A stretch of 64,000 bases of DNA, taken from an uncultured cyanobacterium. Lineage in GTDB: Bacteria > Cyanobacteriota > Cyanobacteriia > PCC-6307 > Cyanobiaceae. Both the position numbers and the translations under genes were made by a program. The DNA lies in NCBI GenBank assembly GCA_963697335.1, contig CAVONQ010000018.1:448001-512000 (forward strand), given 5' to 3'. Positions 31,809-42,501 of this stretch are shown one piece after another. Every line of letters starts with the position of its first letter. Within the stretch, counting starts at the first letter, position 1. Under the pieces are notes generated by a model. It ran no database searches and was not told the origin of the DNA. It saw only the letters and a list, made by a program, of their open reading frames with translations.

Positions 31809-32714
31809 GTGGTGAGTCTCCCCTCCGAGCCCCTGGCCGCCTGGTATGAAGCCCGACTGGGCTTCCGGCCCATCGCCCAGACCCCCGTAGGGGGCGGCTG
31901 CATCCATCGGGCCTGGCGGCTGGTGAATGCGGAGGGCAGCAGCGTCTTTGCCAAGATCGGCGGCAGCGGTGCCATGGCGCTGCTGGAGGCCGAGGCCATG
32001 GGGCTGGCCGCCCTGGGGGCCTGGCCGCCGGCCGGTCTGCGGGTGCCCCAGCCCCTGGCCCTGGAGCTGGTGGGCGACCAGGCCATGCTGGTGCTGCCCT
32101 GGCTGGACCTGGCCGCCGGAGGCACTGGGGTCTCTGGGGGCTGGTCGCAGCTGGGGCAGGGCCTGGCGCAGCTGCATCGGGCCAGCAGGGGAGGGGAGGG
32201 AGGCCGGGGCTACGGCTTCGAAGCCGACAACTTCATCGGCTCAGCTCCCCAGGCCAATGGCTGGCTCCCCCGTTGGGCCAGCTTCTTTGTGCAGCGCCGC
32301 CTGGCGCCCCAGCTGGCCATGGCGGCGGCGCGGGGGGAGGCCTTCGCCAGCGCGGACGCCGTTCTGGAGGGGGCGCACGAGCGGCTTGCCCTGCATGAGC
32401 CGGAAGCGGTGCTTGTGCACGGCGACCTCTGGAGCGGCAATGCCGGGCTGCTACGGGGCGGCGGCGCGGCCCTGTTCGACCCTGCCGCCTACTGGGGCGA
32501 CCGGGAGGTGGATCTGGCCATGGCGCAGTTGTTCGGCGGGTTCCCTGCCAGCTTTTTTGCGGGCTACCAGGCCACCTGGCCCCTGCCCAGTGGGGCGGCT
32601 GGGCGGGTGGAGCTCTACAACCTGTATCACCTGCTCAACCACGCCAACCTGTTCGGCGGTGGCTACCGCCGGCAGGCCGAAGCGTCGATGCTCCGCCTGC
32701 TGGAGGCCCATTGA
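31809..32714 (+). CDS. Fructosamine kinase family protein
   Basis: GGGCIH, DNFIGS.PQ.N, LVHGDLWSGN, FDPAAY.GDREVDLAM, LY.LYH.LNHANLFG. Confidence 0.92.
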   Translation: MVSLPSEPLAAWYEARLGFRPIAQTPVGGGCIHRAWRLVNAEGSSVFAKIGGSGAMALLEAEAMGLAALGAWPPAGLRVPQPLALELVGDQAMLVLPWLDLAAGGTGVSGGWSQLGQGLAQLHRASRGGEGGRGYGFEADNFIGSAPQANGWLPRWASFFVQRRLAPQLAMAAARGEAFASADAVLEGAHERLALHEPEAVLVHGDLWSGNAGLLRGGGAALFDPAAYWGDREVDLAMAQLFGGFPASFFAGYQATWPLPSGAAGRVELYNLYHLLNHANLFGGGYRRQAEASMLRLLEAH

Positions 32715-32739
32715 GGCCAGGGGGATGGCCGGCAGTCCG

Positions 32740-33144
32740 TCAGGTCAGATACTCGTTGCGGAGCGTCTGCAGCTTGTTGACCACGGCGCTGCGCTTTTCG
32801 CTGGTGGTGAGGTTCTTCCAGCCCCATTGGCCCACCACCACCAGGCCGAGCAGCTCCAGCAGCCCGGGCACGACGGGCAGCAGGTTGACGGTGTCGAGCA
32901 CGCCCTTGATCAGGATCTGGGCGATGATCACCACCAGCAGAATGCCGGCGGCCTTGCCGATTCGACCCATCTGAGTCCAGTCGATCTGGCCGAGGGTCTG
33001 GTTGATGGTGCCGAGGACCTCCCTGTAACGCTCCTTGAACGCGGCCGTGTCGATGCCTTCGGCCGCGGAGGCTTCAGGGGTCGGCGTGGGATCAGCGTCG
33101 GCCATCGGCTCGGTTTCAAGCGTGGGGGTAGGGGTGTCGCTCAT
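32740..33144 (-). CDS. CAAD-domain (CurT-like) membrane protein
   Basis: Two hydrophobic helices with VLDTVNLLPVVPGLLELLG and the KNLTTSEKR tail. Confidence 0.8.
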   Translation of the reverse strand: MSDTPTPTLETEPMADADPTPTPEASAAEGIDTAAFKERYREVLGTINQTLGQIDWTQMGRIGKAAGILLVVIIAQILIKGVLDTVNLLPVVPGLLELLGLVVVGQWGWKNLTTSEKRSAVVNKLQTLRNEYLT

Positions 33145-33189
33145 GGCCTGGGCCTAGCTCCGGTTCACAGTGACCCATAAGGTATCGGG

Positions 33190-33639
33190 GTGCCCTCCGA
33201 CGCGCCAATCGGCCTCGGTGTTGATCCCGGGTTGCTCACCGCCCTGGCCGCCGTGCTCCGCTCCGCTGCGCCCGAAGAGGGCTGCTGTCTGCTGCTGGGC
33301 TCACGCCACGGCCGCGGCCATGACCCGCGCTGGCAGCTGCAACGGCTCTGGCCCTGCCTGAACGTGTGGTCGCCGCCTGGGGAGCGGCAGCGCCGTTTCG
33401 CCATTGATCCGAGGGAGCAACTGGTGGCCCAGCGCTGGGCGCGGCAGCGGGGGCTGCAGGTGCTGGGCGCTGCCCACAGCCACCCGGAAGGTGCCGCAGA
33501 GCCCTCGCCCACCGACCGGGCCCTCACCTGCGCCCCAGCCCTGATGGTGATTCTGAATCGCCACGGCGAGGCGCGGGCCTGGTGGCTGGAGGAGGGGGAC
33601 ACCCAGCCCAGGCAGCTGCCGTGGAGAATGGAGCATTGA
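33190..33639 (+). CDS. JAMM/MPN+ (M67) metallopeptidase
   Basis: PEEGC...F.IDP...AHSHP....PS.TD JAMM motif. Confidence 0.88.
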   Translation: MPSDAPIGLGVDPGLLTALAAVLRSAAPEEGCCLLLGSRHGRGHDPRWQLQRLWPCLNVWSPPGERQRRFAIDPREQLVAQRWARQRGLQVLGAAHSHPEGAAEPSPTDRALTCAPALMVILNRHGEARAWWLEEGDTQPRQLPWRMEH

Positions 33640-33678
33640 CCTGGCCCGTGGCTGTCTGGCCCGGGCCCCTCGCCGCCG

Positions 33679-34851
33679 ATGCTCCCCCCCGACACCACTG
33701 GAGTCCAGCTCAGCCCCGATGAGGTGGTCCGCTTTTCGCGCCACCTGATCCTGCCGGAGGTGGGCATGGAGGGCCAGAAGCGCCTCAAGGCCTCCTCCGT
33801 GCTCTGTGTGGGCACCGGTGGCCTGGGCTCGCCCCTGCTGCTCTACCTGGCCGCCGCCGGTGTGGGGCGGATCGGCATCGTCGATTTCGACGTGGTGGAC
33901 CACTCCAACCTGCAGCGGCAGGTGATCCACGGCACCAGCTGGGTGGGCAAGCCCAAGATCGAGTCGGCCAAGGCCCGCATCCTCGAGATCAACCCCCACT
34001 GCCAGGTGGATCTCTACGAGACGGCCCTCACCAGTGACAACGCTCTGGCCATCCTCGAGCCCTACGACCTGGTCTGCGACGGCACCGACAACTTCCCCAC
34101 CCGCTACCTGGTGAACGACGCCTGCGTGCTGCTGGGCAAGCCCAACGTCTACGGCTCGATCTTCCGCTTCGAGGGCCAGGCCACGGTGTTCAACCTGGAT
34201 GCCGAAAGCCCCAACTACCGCGACCTCTTCCCCGAGCCGCCGCCGCCGGGGATGGTGCCCTCCTGCGCCGAAGGCGGGGTGGTGGGTGTGCTGCCGGGCA
34301 TCATCGGCGTGATCCAGGCCACCGAGGCGGTGAAGATCATCACCGGCCTCGGCACCACCCTCAGCGGCCGCCTGCTGCTCTTCGATGCCCTGGGCATGAA
34401 GTTCAGGGAGCTGAAGCTGCGCCCCAACCCCGAGCGCCCGGTGATCGACAAGCTGATCGATTACCAGGAGTTCTGCGGTGTGGGGGGCACGGCCCCGGGC
34501 CAGGAGGAGGCCGGCAGTGTGCCCAGCATCACGGTGGCCGAGCTCAAGACCGTGATTGATGGCCAGCTCGAAGACATCCTGCTGCTGGATGTGCGCAATC
34601 CCCAGGAGGCGGACATCGCCGTGATTCCGGGCGCGGTGCTGGTGCCCCTCGATCACATCGAGAGCGGCGAGGCGATCGAGCAGGTGCGCCAGCTGGCCGC
34701 TGGCAAGCAGCTCTATGTGCACTGCAAGCTGGGTGGCCGCAGTGCCAAGGCCCTGATCGCCCTCGGCCGCCATGGCATTGAAGGGGTGAATGTGAATGGC
34801 GGCATCGACGCCTGGAGCCAGGAGGTGGATCCCTCGGTGCAGCGCTACTGA
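33679..34851 (+). CDS. moeB: MoeB/MoeZ E1-like adenylyltransferase with C-terminal rhodanese domain
   Basis: RFSRHLILPEVG, GTGGLG, SNLQRQ, DGTDNF, PSCAEGGV; rhodanese DVR...HCKLGGRS. Confidence 0.95.
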   Translation: MLPPDTTGVQLSPDEVVRFSRHLILPEVGMEGQKRLKASSVLCVGTGGLGSPLLLYLAAAGVGRIGIVDFDVVDHSNLQRQVIHGTSWVGKPKIESAKARILEINPHCQVDLYETALTSDNALAILEPYDLVCDGTDNFPTRYLVNDACVLLGKPNVYGSIFRFEGQATVFNLDAESPNYRDLFPEPPPPGMVPSCAEGGVVGVLPGIIGVIQATEAVKIITGLGTTLSGRLLLFDALGMKFRELKLRPNPERPVIDKLIDYQEFCGVGGTAPGQEEAGSVPSITVAELKTVIDGQLEDILLLDVRNPQEADIAVIPGAVLVPLDHIESGEAIEQVRQLAAGKQLYVHCKLGGRSAKALIALGRHGIEGVNVNGGIDAWSQEVDPSVQRY

Positions 34852-34860
34852 GCTGAGTCG

Positions 34861-34884
34861 CTACTGAGCCCGAGGGCTCAGTAG
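34861..34884. terminator. Hairpin between convergent moeB and cobO
   Basis: CTACTGAGCC-cgag-GGCTCAGTAG 10-bp stem; CGCTACTGAGC is also directly repeated at 34843-34853. Confidence 0.5.
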
Positions 34885-36086
34885 TCCACCCCCCGTTTGA
34901 GATCCACGCCGCGCTCGGCGTAGTGCTTGTGGCACACCATCTCGGAGTGAACCGTGGCGAGGTCGAAGTAGGCGGGCCGGTTGCGGCAGCGGCCGGTGAG
35001 GATCACCTCGGTTTCGGCTGGCTTGCGCAGCAGCGTCTGCACGATCGGCTCCTGGGGCAACAGCTCCAGATCCACGGTGGGGTTGATCTCATCGAGGATC
35101 ACCGTCTTGTAGAGGCCGCTGGAGATGGCGGCCCTGGCGATCTCCCAGGCCCTCTCGGCCTCCACGTAGTCGATCGGCTGCTGCTGACCGCGCCACACGA
35201 TCGCATCGCGGCCCGAGCGCAGGTGATCCACCAGATGGGGATAGCTCTCGCGCAGGGCGGCGATCGCCGCGTCTTCCGTGTATCCGGTGCCGCCCTTGAG
35301 CCACTGCAGGATCAGCACCCGGTGGCTCTTGTCCTGGCTGATGCCCCGCCCAATCGCCTGCAGGGCCTTGCCCAGCGCGCTGGTCGACTTGCCCTTGCCC
35401 TCGCCGGTGTAGATCTCGATGCCGTCGAGGCCGGCGGCGGCGGTGGCGGCGTCACCATGGCGGCGATGGGCCCGCATCTCGGAATGCAGGTCAGCCAGCT
35501 GCACCAGCTGGCGCGGGGCGCCGCGGCCGGTGCAGATCACCTCCATGCCATCGGGCTTGGCGGCGAGGCTGCGGCAGATCTCCTCCCGATCCAGCAGGCC
35601 CAGGTCGAGCACGGGGTTGAGCTCGTCGAGCACCACTACGGAGTAGAGGTTGCTGGCGATGGCGCCCTTGGCGATGTCCCAGCCCCGCTGGGCTTCCTGG
35701 CGGTCGAAGCGGGTGGCCTGGTCGGCGCTGAAGAAGTCGCCTCGGCCGGTGCGCACCTGGTCGATCAGATGGGGAAAGCCCTGCTGCAGGGCCTCGATAG
35801 CAGCATCCTCGTCGTAGGCCCGGCCCGGTCCTTTGAGGAAGCGCAGCAGCAGCACCCGGGTGCGCTTCTGCTCGCAGATCCCCAGGCCGATGGTGCGCAG
35901 CACCACCCCCAGGGCGGCCTGGCTCTTGCCCTTGCCATCGCCGTCATAGACGTGCAGCTGGCCATGGGTGCGTTCATCGCGGCCCGAGGCGGTGCGGATG
36001 CCGATCCCCGAGGCGCTGCCGCTGCCTGATCCGCTGCCTGCGCTGCCCTGGCCCAGGCGAGACGGCTCGGTGGTGCTCGGACTCAT
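34878..36086 (-). CDS. cobO: Cob(I)yrinic acid a,c-diamide adenosyltransferase, two tandem CobO/BtuR domains
   Basis: YDGDGKGKS and YTGEGKGKSTSA P-loops, two LDE(L/I)NP, TGR, H.Y..GV....GVDY. Confidence 0.9.
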   Translation of the reverse strand: MSPSTTEPSRLGQGSAGSGSGSGSASGIGIRTASGRDERTHGQLHVYDGDGKGKSQAALGVVLRTIGLGICEQKRTRVLLLRFLKGPGRAYDEDAAIEALQQGFPHLIDQVRTGRGDFFSADQATRFDRQEAQRGWDIAKGAIASNLYSVVVLDELNPVLDLGLLDREEICRSLAAKPDGMEVICTGRGAPRQLVQLADLHSEMRAHRRHGDAATAAAGLDGIEIYTGEGKGKSTSALGKALQAIGRGISQDKSHRVLILQWLKGGTGYTEDAAIAALRESYPHLVDHLRSGRDAIVWRGQQQPIDYVEAERAWEIARAAISSGLYKTVILDEINPTVDLELLPQEPIVQTLLRKPAETEVILTGRCRNRPAYFDLATVHSEMVCHKHYAERGVDLKRGVDY

Positions 36087-36201
36087 CGCTGCCGTGCTTC
36101 GCCGCCGATGCTACCCACCGCAACCAGGCGCTTTGGTGGCCAGCCGTCAGCCGCTGCTGCCAGGATCGAACCCCGGCCGCCGGCCCTCCGCTCTTGCTGT
36201 C

Positions 36202-37083
36202 TTGACGTTCACCCCCCTGGAGCGCCTGCCCCCCAGCCTCGAGCGAGGTCTTGAGGCGTTGCGGCAGGCCATGGCGACCCTGCCAAGGGTGGTGGTGGCC
36301 TACTCCGGCGGGGTGGACAGCGCCCTGGTGGCGTCCATTGCTGTGGAGCAATGCGGCAGCGCAGCCCTGGCCATCACCGGCGTGTCGCCGGCCCTGGCTC
36401 CGCACCTGCGCCAGGAAGCCGCCGCCCAGGCCCGCTGGCTGGGCATCGCCCACAGGGAGATTGCCACCGCCGAACTGGCCGACCCCGCCTATGCATCGAA
36501 CCCGGCTGAGCGCTGCTACGCCTGCAAGCGCGAGTTGCATCGCCTGCTGGCTCCGGTGGCCGCGGCAGCCGGCGATGCGGTGGTGCTCGACGGCGTCAAC
36601 CGCGACGATCTCGGCGACCACCGTCCCGGCATCCGGGCGGCGCGGGAGCACGGGGTGCGCTCACCCCTGGCCGAAAACGGTATCGACAAGGCTGGGGTGC
36701 GTCAGATCTCCAGGGCCCTGGGCCTGCCCTGGTGGGACAAGCCTGCCCAGCCCTGCCTGGCCTCCCGCTTCCCCTATGGCGAGGCGATCACGGCGGCCCG
36801 GCTGCACCAGGTGGCGGCAGCAGAGGCCTGGCTGCTGGATCGGGGTTGGCCCCGGCTGCGGGTGCGCTGCCAGGGGGAGACAGCCCGTATCGAATTGCCG
36901 GAGTCGGAACTCACCGCCGCCCTGGAGCAGTGGCGGGATGACTCCCGCCGCCGGCAGTTGGTGGAGGCCTTCCTGGCCCTCGGCTTCACCGCTGTGGCGG
37001 TGGATCTGGAGGGCCTGGTGAGCGGCAAGCTCAATCGTGGCCTCGCCCCGGTCAGGCCGCCTCAGCGGGCAGACGGGTGCTGA
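36202..37083 (+). CDS. larE: LarE-family ATP-dependent sulfur transferase
   Basis: [10 protein letters not shown]-loop, [39 protein letters not shown]; start uncertain (TTG 36202). Confidence 0.88.
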   Translation: MTFTPLERLPPSLERGLEALRQAMATLPRVVVAYSGGVDSALVASIAVEQCGSAALAITGVSPALAPHLRQEAAAQARWLGIAHREIATAELADPAYASNPAERCYACKRELHRLLAPVAAAAGDAVVLDGVNRDDLGDHRPGIRAAREHGVRSPLAENGIDKAGVRQISRALGLPWWDKPAQPCLASRFPYGEAITAARLHQVAAAEAWLLDRGWPRLRVRCQGETARIELPESELTAALEQWRDDSRRRQLVEAFLALGFTAVAVDLEGLVSGKLNRGLAPVRPPQRADGC

Positions 37084-37531
37084 CCTGAATCGCGCCGGGG
37101 GTTTCTCGGCGGAAGCTGGTGAGCTTGTGTTCGGCGGCGGCGAGCTCCTCGGCCAGCACGGCACAGGCCCGCTCGGGCATGGTGTGGTCGCCGCAGGTGA
37201 ACACATCCACGGCCGCGTAGCCGGATTCCGGCCAGGTGTGGATGGAGATGTGCGATTCGGCCAGTAGGGCCAGCCCTGTGACGCCCTGGGGCTCGAAGCG
37301 GTGAGTGATCAGATTCAGAAGGGTGGCACCAGCCCGTTTCGCTGCGGCGGTGATGGTGTCCCTGAGAAAGGCTTCGTCGTCGAGCCGGGCGTGATCGCAC
37401 CCGTAGAGCTCGAGAATGCAGTGTTTGCCGACGGTGTCGGTGATCGGAGCAGGCTGGCTGGCGGCGTGGGCTGCGGATTGGGCTGCGTTCCATCCGGGGT
37501 GGGGGTGGAGACAAGGCAGGGCTTGGATCAT
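37052..37531 (-). CDS. speD: S-adenosylmethionine decarboxylase proenzyme
   Basis: [16 protein letters not shown]...[20 protein letters not shown]. Confidence 0.93.
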   Translation of the reverse strand: MIQALPCLHPHPGWNAAQSAAHAASQPAPITDTVGKHCILELYGCDHARLDDEAFLRDTITAAAKRAGATLLNLITHRFEPQGVTGLALLAESHISIHTWPESGYAAVDVFTCGDHTMPERACAVLAEELAAAEHKLTSFRRETPGAIQVSTRLPAEAA

Positions 37532-37607
37532 TGAATCCGATCAACTTGGAGGACAACCTTACGTGACGCTGACTGTCCAGCGAGAGCCGGGCTTCTCAGA
37601 CGTGGCC

Positions 37608-38717
37608 TCAGCTCGCCTTGACCACAGCGCCGCCCTGCAGCTGCACCATCTGGCTCTGCTGCCGCCAGCCCGCTCCAAAGGCCCCCAGGTGGGTGGCACT
37701 CACCAGACACTGGTGCCCCTCGCCCACGGCCTCGAGCAGCAACTGCTGGCGGTTGGGGTCGAGCTCGGCCAGCACGTCGTCGAGCAGCAGCAGGGGTGGT
37801 TCGCCGATCACGCTGTGAACCAGCTCCAGCTCGGCCAGCTTGAGGGCCAGCACCAGGGTGCGCTGCTGCCCCGCCGATCCATAGCGCCGGGCCGGTTGGC
37901 CGGCCAGGCCAAAGGCGACTTCATCGCGGTGGGGCCCAACCCCGCACTGGCCCAGCCGCAATTCCTCGCTGCGCTGGGCGGCCAGCTGGGCGGCCAGGGC
38001 GGCACACCAGGGCTCCTCCGCTTCCTCGCCCTCCAGCTGGGTGCCACTGCGGTAGCTGATCGTGAGGGCATCGTGACCGCCGCTGAGGCGCTGCTGCCAG
38101 CTACTGGCCAGGGGCTCCAGCCGGCGCAGGGCCCGGTGCCGGCGGCGGTGCAGGCGCGTGCCCACCAGGGCCATCTGCTGGTCGAAGGCGTCGAGCAGCG
38201 CCGCCTGCTCGCGGCCGCCGAGGCCCCGCCGCAGCAGCTGGCTGCGCTGGCGCAACAGGCGGCCATAGCGACTAAGTAGCTCGGCATAGAGGGGCTCCAG
38301 CTGCAGCACCACCCGGTCGAGCCATTGGCGCCTTCCGGCAGGCTCGCCCCGCACCAGCTCCAGGTCGAGGGCGCTGAAGCATACGCAGCGCAGCGAACCC
38401 AGCAGGTCGTGCTGCCGCTCCAGCCCCTTGCCGTTGCGGCGCGCCTGCCGCCCGCCGCTGCGGCGCAGGTCGAGCTGCAGCAGATCGCCGCCGGTGGTGA
38501 GGCCCTGGATCCGGGCCCCGCGGCATCCCTGCTGAATCAGGTCCTGATCGGAGCCGGTGCGGTGGGAGCGCAGCGAGCCCAGCAGTTCCACCGCTTCCAG
38601 CAGGTTGGACTTGCCCTGGCCATTGGGCCCCAGCACCAACAGCCGAGGAGCCTCCAGGCCCAGCTCGAGCCGAGCGATGTTGCGGAACTGCAGCAGCTCG
38701 AGGCGATCCAGCCTGAT
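37608..38717 (-). CDS. recF: DNA replication/repair protein RecF
   Basis: L..LEL.QFRN N-terminal motif, [38 protein letters not shown]; start apparently non-canonical (ATC 38717 or CTG 38735). Confidence 0.93.
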   Translation of the reverse strand: MRLDRLELLQFRNIARLELGLEAPRLLVLGPNGQGKSNLLEAVELLGSLRSHRTGSDQDLIQQGCRGARIQGLTTGGDLLQLDLRRSGGRQARRNGKGLERQHDLLGSLRCVCFSALDLELVRGEPAGRRQWLDRVVLQLEPLYAELLSRYGRLLRQRSQLLRRGLGGREQAALLDAFDQQMALVGTRLHRRRHRALRRLEPLASSWQQRLSGGHDALTISYRSGTQLEGEEAEEPWCAALAAQLAAQRSEELRLGQCGVGPHRDEVAFGLAGQPARRYGSAGQQRTLVLALKLAELELVHSVIGEPPLLLLDDVLAELDPNRQQLLLEAVGEGHQCLVSATHLGAFGAGWRQQSQMVQLQGGAVVKAS

Positions 38718-38848
38718 GGGTCGGGAGGCGGCCAGCGGCTAAGCTAAGGCGGCTGCGGAATCGATCCGCCGCCAGCCCCAGCCGGGTCCCCAGAGCCCTG
38801 GGCAGCAGACCATCATCTTGGTCATCCATCCCAGCAGGGGCGCAGGTT

Positions 38849-38922
38849 GGGCATGTAGCTCAGTTGGATAGAGCGTCAGATTCCGGTTCTGAATGTCGGG
38901 GGTTCGAGTCCCTCCATGCTCG
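38849..38922 (+). tRNA. tRNA-Arg(CCG)
   Basis: GGGCATG/CATGCTC acceptor stem, TCAGA-TT-CCG-GT-TCTGA anticodon arm, GGTTCGAGTCC. Confidence 0.97.
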
Positions 38923-38943
38923 TTGTGCTCAGCGGTTCCCTGT

Positions 38944-38974
38944 TCCCCTCCGGCCAAGGCCGGAGGGGATTTTT
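38944..38974 (+). terminator. Intrinsic terminator after tRNA-Arg
   Basis: TCCCCTCCGGC-caag-GCCGGAGGGGA followed by TTTTT. Confidence 0.8.
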
Positions 38975-38988
38975 CTGGGGGCTGGGCC

Positions 38989-39441
38989 TCAGAGCTGCAG
39001 GCCCATGGCCCGGATCCCGCCGGGATCCACGATGAAGCCCAGGCCCTGCAAAGCCTTGACGGCCTCGGGTGGCGCCGACAGGGACACGCTGCAGCCGGAG
39101 AGCTCCCGCCGCAGCCGGCCCAGGGCTGCCTGCACCAGCGCCCGCAGCACCTTGTCGCGTTCGGGTTCCCCGGGGGCGCTGCAGAGGTCCCAGAGGTTGG
39201 CATTGAGAGCCAGATCACTGGTGACCCGCACGAAGCCCACCAGGCTGCCTGTGGGATCGGTCACCCCCAGATGCCACAGGCTCCGCTCCAGCACCCGCTG
39301 CCAGCGGTCGGCCGACCGCGCCGCCTCGCCTGAGGCCACCAGCAGGCTGTTGAGCACCTCAGCGGCCGGCCATGGATTGACCACCAGGGCGTAGCCCTCC
39401 CCCAACCTGGGGGGAGGGGTCTGGGGACGGAAGGGGATCAA
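38989..39441 (-). CDS. GNAT-family N-acetyltransferase-like protein
   Basis: LVGFVRVTSDLALNANLWDL, LSGCSVS, GF.VDPGGIRAM. Confidence 0.75.
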   Translation of the reverse strand: MIPFRPQTPPPRLGEGYALVVNPWPAAEVLNSLLVASGEAARSADRWQRVLERSLWHLGVTDPTGSLVGFVRVTSDLALNANLWDLCSAPGEPERDKVLRALVQAALGRLRRELSGCSVSLSAPPEAVKALQGLGFIVDPGGIRAMGLQL

Positions 39442-39474
39442 CAGGGAGCCCAGAGGAAACGCGTGCAGGTGGGG

Positions 39475-42400
39475 TCAGCCGGTGTTGCGCATGCCGGCGG
39501 CGATGCCGTTGATGGTGAGCAGGGCGCCGCGCAGCAGTTCACTGCGGCTGTAGGTGCGGCCGTCGGAACCGCTCCCTGTAGCTTCGCGCATCGGTGGTTG
39601 CCGGTTCTGGTCCCGCAACCGCCGCAGCAGGGCCACCTGCAGGAAGCCGAGGGGCACGATCGTGCGGTTGCGCAGGTCAACCGAAAGCTGCAGAGCCGGA
39701 TCGCCATCGAGGAGTCGCTGGTGACCGGTGATGGCCAGCACCAGGTCGCGGGTGAGGTCGAACTCGGCGGCGATGGTCTGGAAGATCTGCTCGAAGGCCT
39801 CCCGCCGCTCGGGTCGTCCCAGGGCCTGCACGTAGTGGTGGGCCAGGTCGATGTCGACCTTCGAGAGGGTCATCTCCACCTTGGAGATCAACATCCGAAA
39901 GAAGGGCCAGCGCTGGTAGAGCAGGCGCAGCAGCTCGATCTGGCCAGGGTCGTGATCGAGCTCCTCCTGCAGGGCGGCCCCCACCCCGAACCAACTTGGG
40001 AGCAGGAAGCGACTCTGGGTCCAGCCGAACACCCAGGGAATGGCCCGCAGGCTGGAGAGGTCCTTGGCGCCACTCTTGCGCCGCGCCGGCCGGCTCGAAA
40101 TCTGCAGCTTGCTGATCTCCTCGATGGGGGTGCATTGCTGAAAGAACGCCACCAGATCGGGGTTGTCGTGCACCAGGGCCCGGTAGAAATCGCGGGAGCG
40201 GGCGGCCAGGCGGCCCATCAGCTCGTTCCAGCTGGGCGTGTTGTCCACCGGGGTGCTCACCAGGCTGTTCTGCAGCACCGCAGTGGTGAGGGTTTCGAGG
40301 TTGTAGAGGGCCAGCTCCGGCAGGGAGTATTTGGAGGCGAGCACCTCGCCCTGCTCGGTGATCTTGATGCGGCCACTGAGGGTGCCACTGGGCTGGGCCA
40401 GCACCGCCTGGTAGGCCGGCCCACCGCCCCGGCTCACGGAGCCGCCGCGGCCGTGGAAGATGCGCAGCGCCACATCGTGCTGAGTGGCGAGTTGCTGCAG
40501 GGCGATCTGGGCCTTGTGGATCTCCCAGTTGCTGGAGAGGAAGCCGGAATCCTTGTTGCTGTCGGAGTAGCCGAGCATCACCTCCTGCAGGGGCTGGCTG
40601 GCCTCGCTGGAGGTGAGCAGCCGACGGTAGAAGGGCTGGCTGAACAGCTGGCCCATCACGGCCGGGGCACGCTGGAGGTCTTCCACCGTCTCGAACAGGG
40701 GCACCACCAGCAGGCTGGTGGTCTGGGCCACCGGATCCACCAGTCCGGCCTCCTTGGCCAGCACCAGCACCTCCAGCAGGTCAGACACCGTGTGACTCAT
40801 GGAGATCACATAGGTGCTGCAGATGCGGCAGCCGAACTCCTGCTGCAGCCGCTGCAGCATCCGCAGGACGGCGAAGGTCTCGGTGGTGGCGGCGCTCCAG
40901 CTGGCGGCGGGGGGAAACAGGGGACGGCGGGTCTGCAGCTCGGCCAGCAACCAGGTCACCCGCTCCTCCTCTTCCATCTCGCCGTAGGGAGTGGGCAACT
41001 GCAGGTAGCGGCTGAGCTCGTCGAGGGCGTCGCTGTGGCGGGTGCTCTCCTGGCGCACGTCCAGGCTGGCCAGGCAAAAGGCAAAGATCTGCACCTGGCT
41101 GATCAGGTGCTGCAGGGACTCGCAGCTCAGGCCGGTGCCCTCCAGGCTCTGCAGCACCAGCTCCAGATCGGTGCGGAAGTCGTCCACCGAGGCGTAGTGG
41201 AGGTCCTGGAGGCCAGGGCCCACGGCCAGGTTGCCGCCGATGCCGGGCACGGCGGCCAGGCCGTCGCAGGGCGATTCCCAGCCGGTGTCCGCCAGCAGCT
41301 GGTTGCGCTCCTGGGTGAGGTGCAGCCGCTCCAGCACGTAGCTGAGCTTGAGGCGGTAGGGCTCGAGCCGGTAGCGGGCGGCGCGCTCCTCGTAGATGTC
41401 CGGAAAGCGCAGCCGGTCCATCTCCAGCGACTCCAGCAGTGCCGGGCTCACCTGGCTCCACTGCATCGAGATGCTGAGCTGATCGCGCAGCTCTCCCACC
41501 GCCTTCACGTAGCGCTCCAGCATCAGCTGGCGCTGAAAACAGGCGGTGCGCCAGGTGATGTCGGGGGTCACGGAGGGGTTGCCATCCCGGTCGGATCCCA
41601 CCCAGGAGCCGAAGGTGCAGAAGGAGTCGCGAGGGGGTTCCACATCCGGATAGCTGTCGGCCAGCGCCCCGGAGATGCGCACCCGCAGCAACGGCATCGC
41701 CTCGAACAGAACCTCCTGGAAGAAATGGAGGGCGTAGTCGACCTCATCCAGCACGGTCGGCTTGAACTGGTGCAGTTCATCGGTGCGCCACCACAGGCGG
41801 ATTTCCTCCTCCAGTTGCAAGCGCAGGCTCTGGCGCTCAACCCGGTTGAGGTCGCTCTCCTGCTGAAGCTTCTGGATCAGGGTGGCCACCCGCCGTTGCT
41901 TGTGACGCACCGTGTGGCGCACGATCTCGGTGGGATGGGCCGTGAACACCAGCCGCAGATCCAGATTGCGCAGCAGGTTTTCGATCTGGGCCGGCGGTAC
42001 GTTGAGGTTGCGCAGGCGCTCGAACAGCTGGCGGAACGTGGCCGGCTCAGTCTGGCTGGCCAGGGGTGGCAGGAAGGGATCGCTGGAGAGCGTTTCCGAC
42101 AGGGACTTGAGGCTGTCGAGGTAGGTGTCTTCCTCGATGTGCTGCTCGAGGATGTTGACGAGCTGGAAATAGAGAGAGAAGGCCCGGGCGGCGGCAATGG
42201 CCTCGGCCAGATCCATCTCCCGGATCAGCTGCACGATGGCCGAGCTGGTGTCCATGCCGGAGGCATCGCCTTCGGCCGCGGCGGCGCCGTCGTCCTCGAG
42301 GGGATCACTGAGGCGCTTCAGCCGCAGCAGGCGTTCGGCGTGGTGGGGCGGACACTCGCTGCGCAGCACCGTCTGCCAGAGGTCTTCGACGAGCTCAAGA

Positions 42401-42501
42401 CGCTCACCCAGCAGGCGGGTCGCCCGGCGGGAGGGTTCGGCGACAGGGGGCACCATCTGCCGCATGAAGGCTGGAGTGTCGTGACTTGTGCTGGAGATCA
42501 T
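39475..42501 (-). CDS. ppc: Phosphoenolpyruvate carboxylase
   Basis: [53 protein letters not shown]-terminus. Confidence 0.99.
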   Translation of the reverse strand: MISSTSHDTPAFMRQMVPPVAEPSRRATRLLGERLELVEDLWQTVLRSECPPHHAERLLRLKRLSDPLEDDGAAAAEGDASGMDTSSAIVQLIREMDLAEAIAAARAFSLYFQLVNILEQHIEEDTYLDSLKSLSETLSSDPFLPPLASQTEPATFRQLFERLRNLNVPPAQIENLLRNLDLRLVFTAHPTEIVRHTVRHKQRRVATLIQKLQQESDLNRVERQSLRLQLEEEIRLWWRTDELHQFKPTVLDEVDYALHFFQEVLFEAMPLLRVRISGALADSYPDVEPPRDSFCTFGSWVGSDRDGNPSVTPDITWRTACFQRQLMLERYVKAVGELRDQLSISMQWSQVSPALLESLEMDRLRFPDIYEERAARYRLEPYRLKLSYVLERLHLTQERNQLLADTGWESPCDGLAAVPGIGGNLAVGPGLQDLHYASVDDFRTDLELVLQSLEGTGLSCESLQHLISQVQIFAFCLASLDVRQESTRHSDALDELSRYLQLPTPYGEMEEEERVTWLLAELQTRRPLFPPAASWSAATTETFAVLRMLQRLQQEFGCRICSTYVISMSHTVSDLLEVLVLAKEAGLVDPVAQTTSLLVVPLFETVEDLQRAPAVMGQLFSQPFYRRLLTSSEASQPLQEVMLGYSDSNKDSGFLSSNWEIHKAQIALQQLATQHDVALRIFHGRGGSVSRGGGPAYQAVLAQPSGTLSGRIKITEQGEVLASKYSLPELALYNLETLTTAVLQNSLVSTPVDNTPSWNELMGRLAARSRDFYRALVHDNPDLVAFFQQCTPIEEISKLQISSRPARRKSGAKDLSSLRAIPWVFGWTQSRFLLPSWFGVGAALQEELDHDPGQIELLRLLYQRWPFFRMLISKVEMTLSKVDIDLAHHYVQALGRPERREAFEQIFQTIAAEFDLTRDLVLAITGHQRLLDGDPALQLSVDLRNRTIVPLGFLQVALLRRLRDQNRQPPMREATGSGSDGRTYSRSELLRGALLTINGIAAGMRNTG

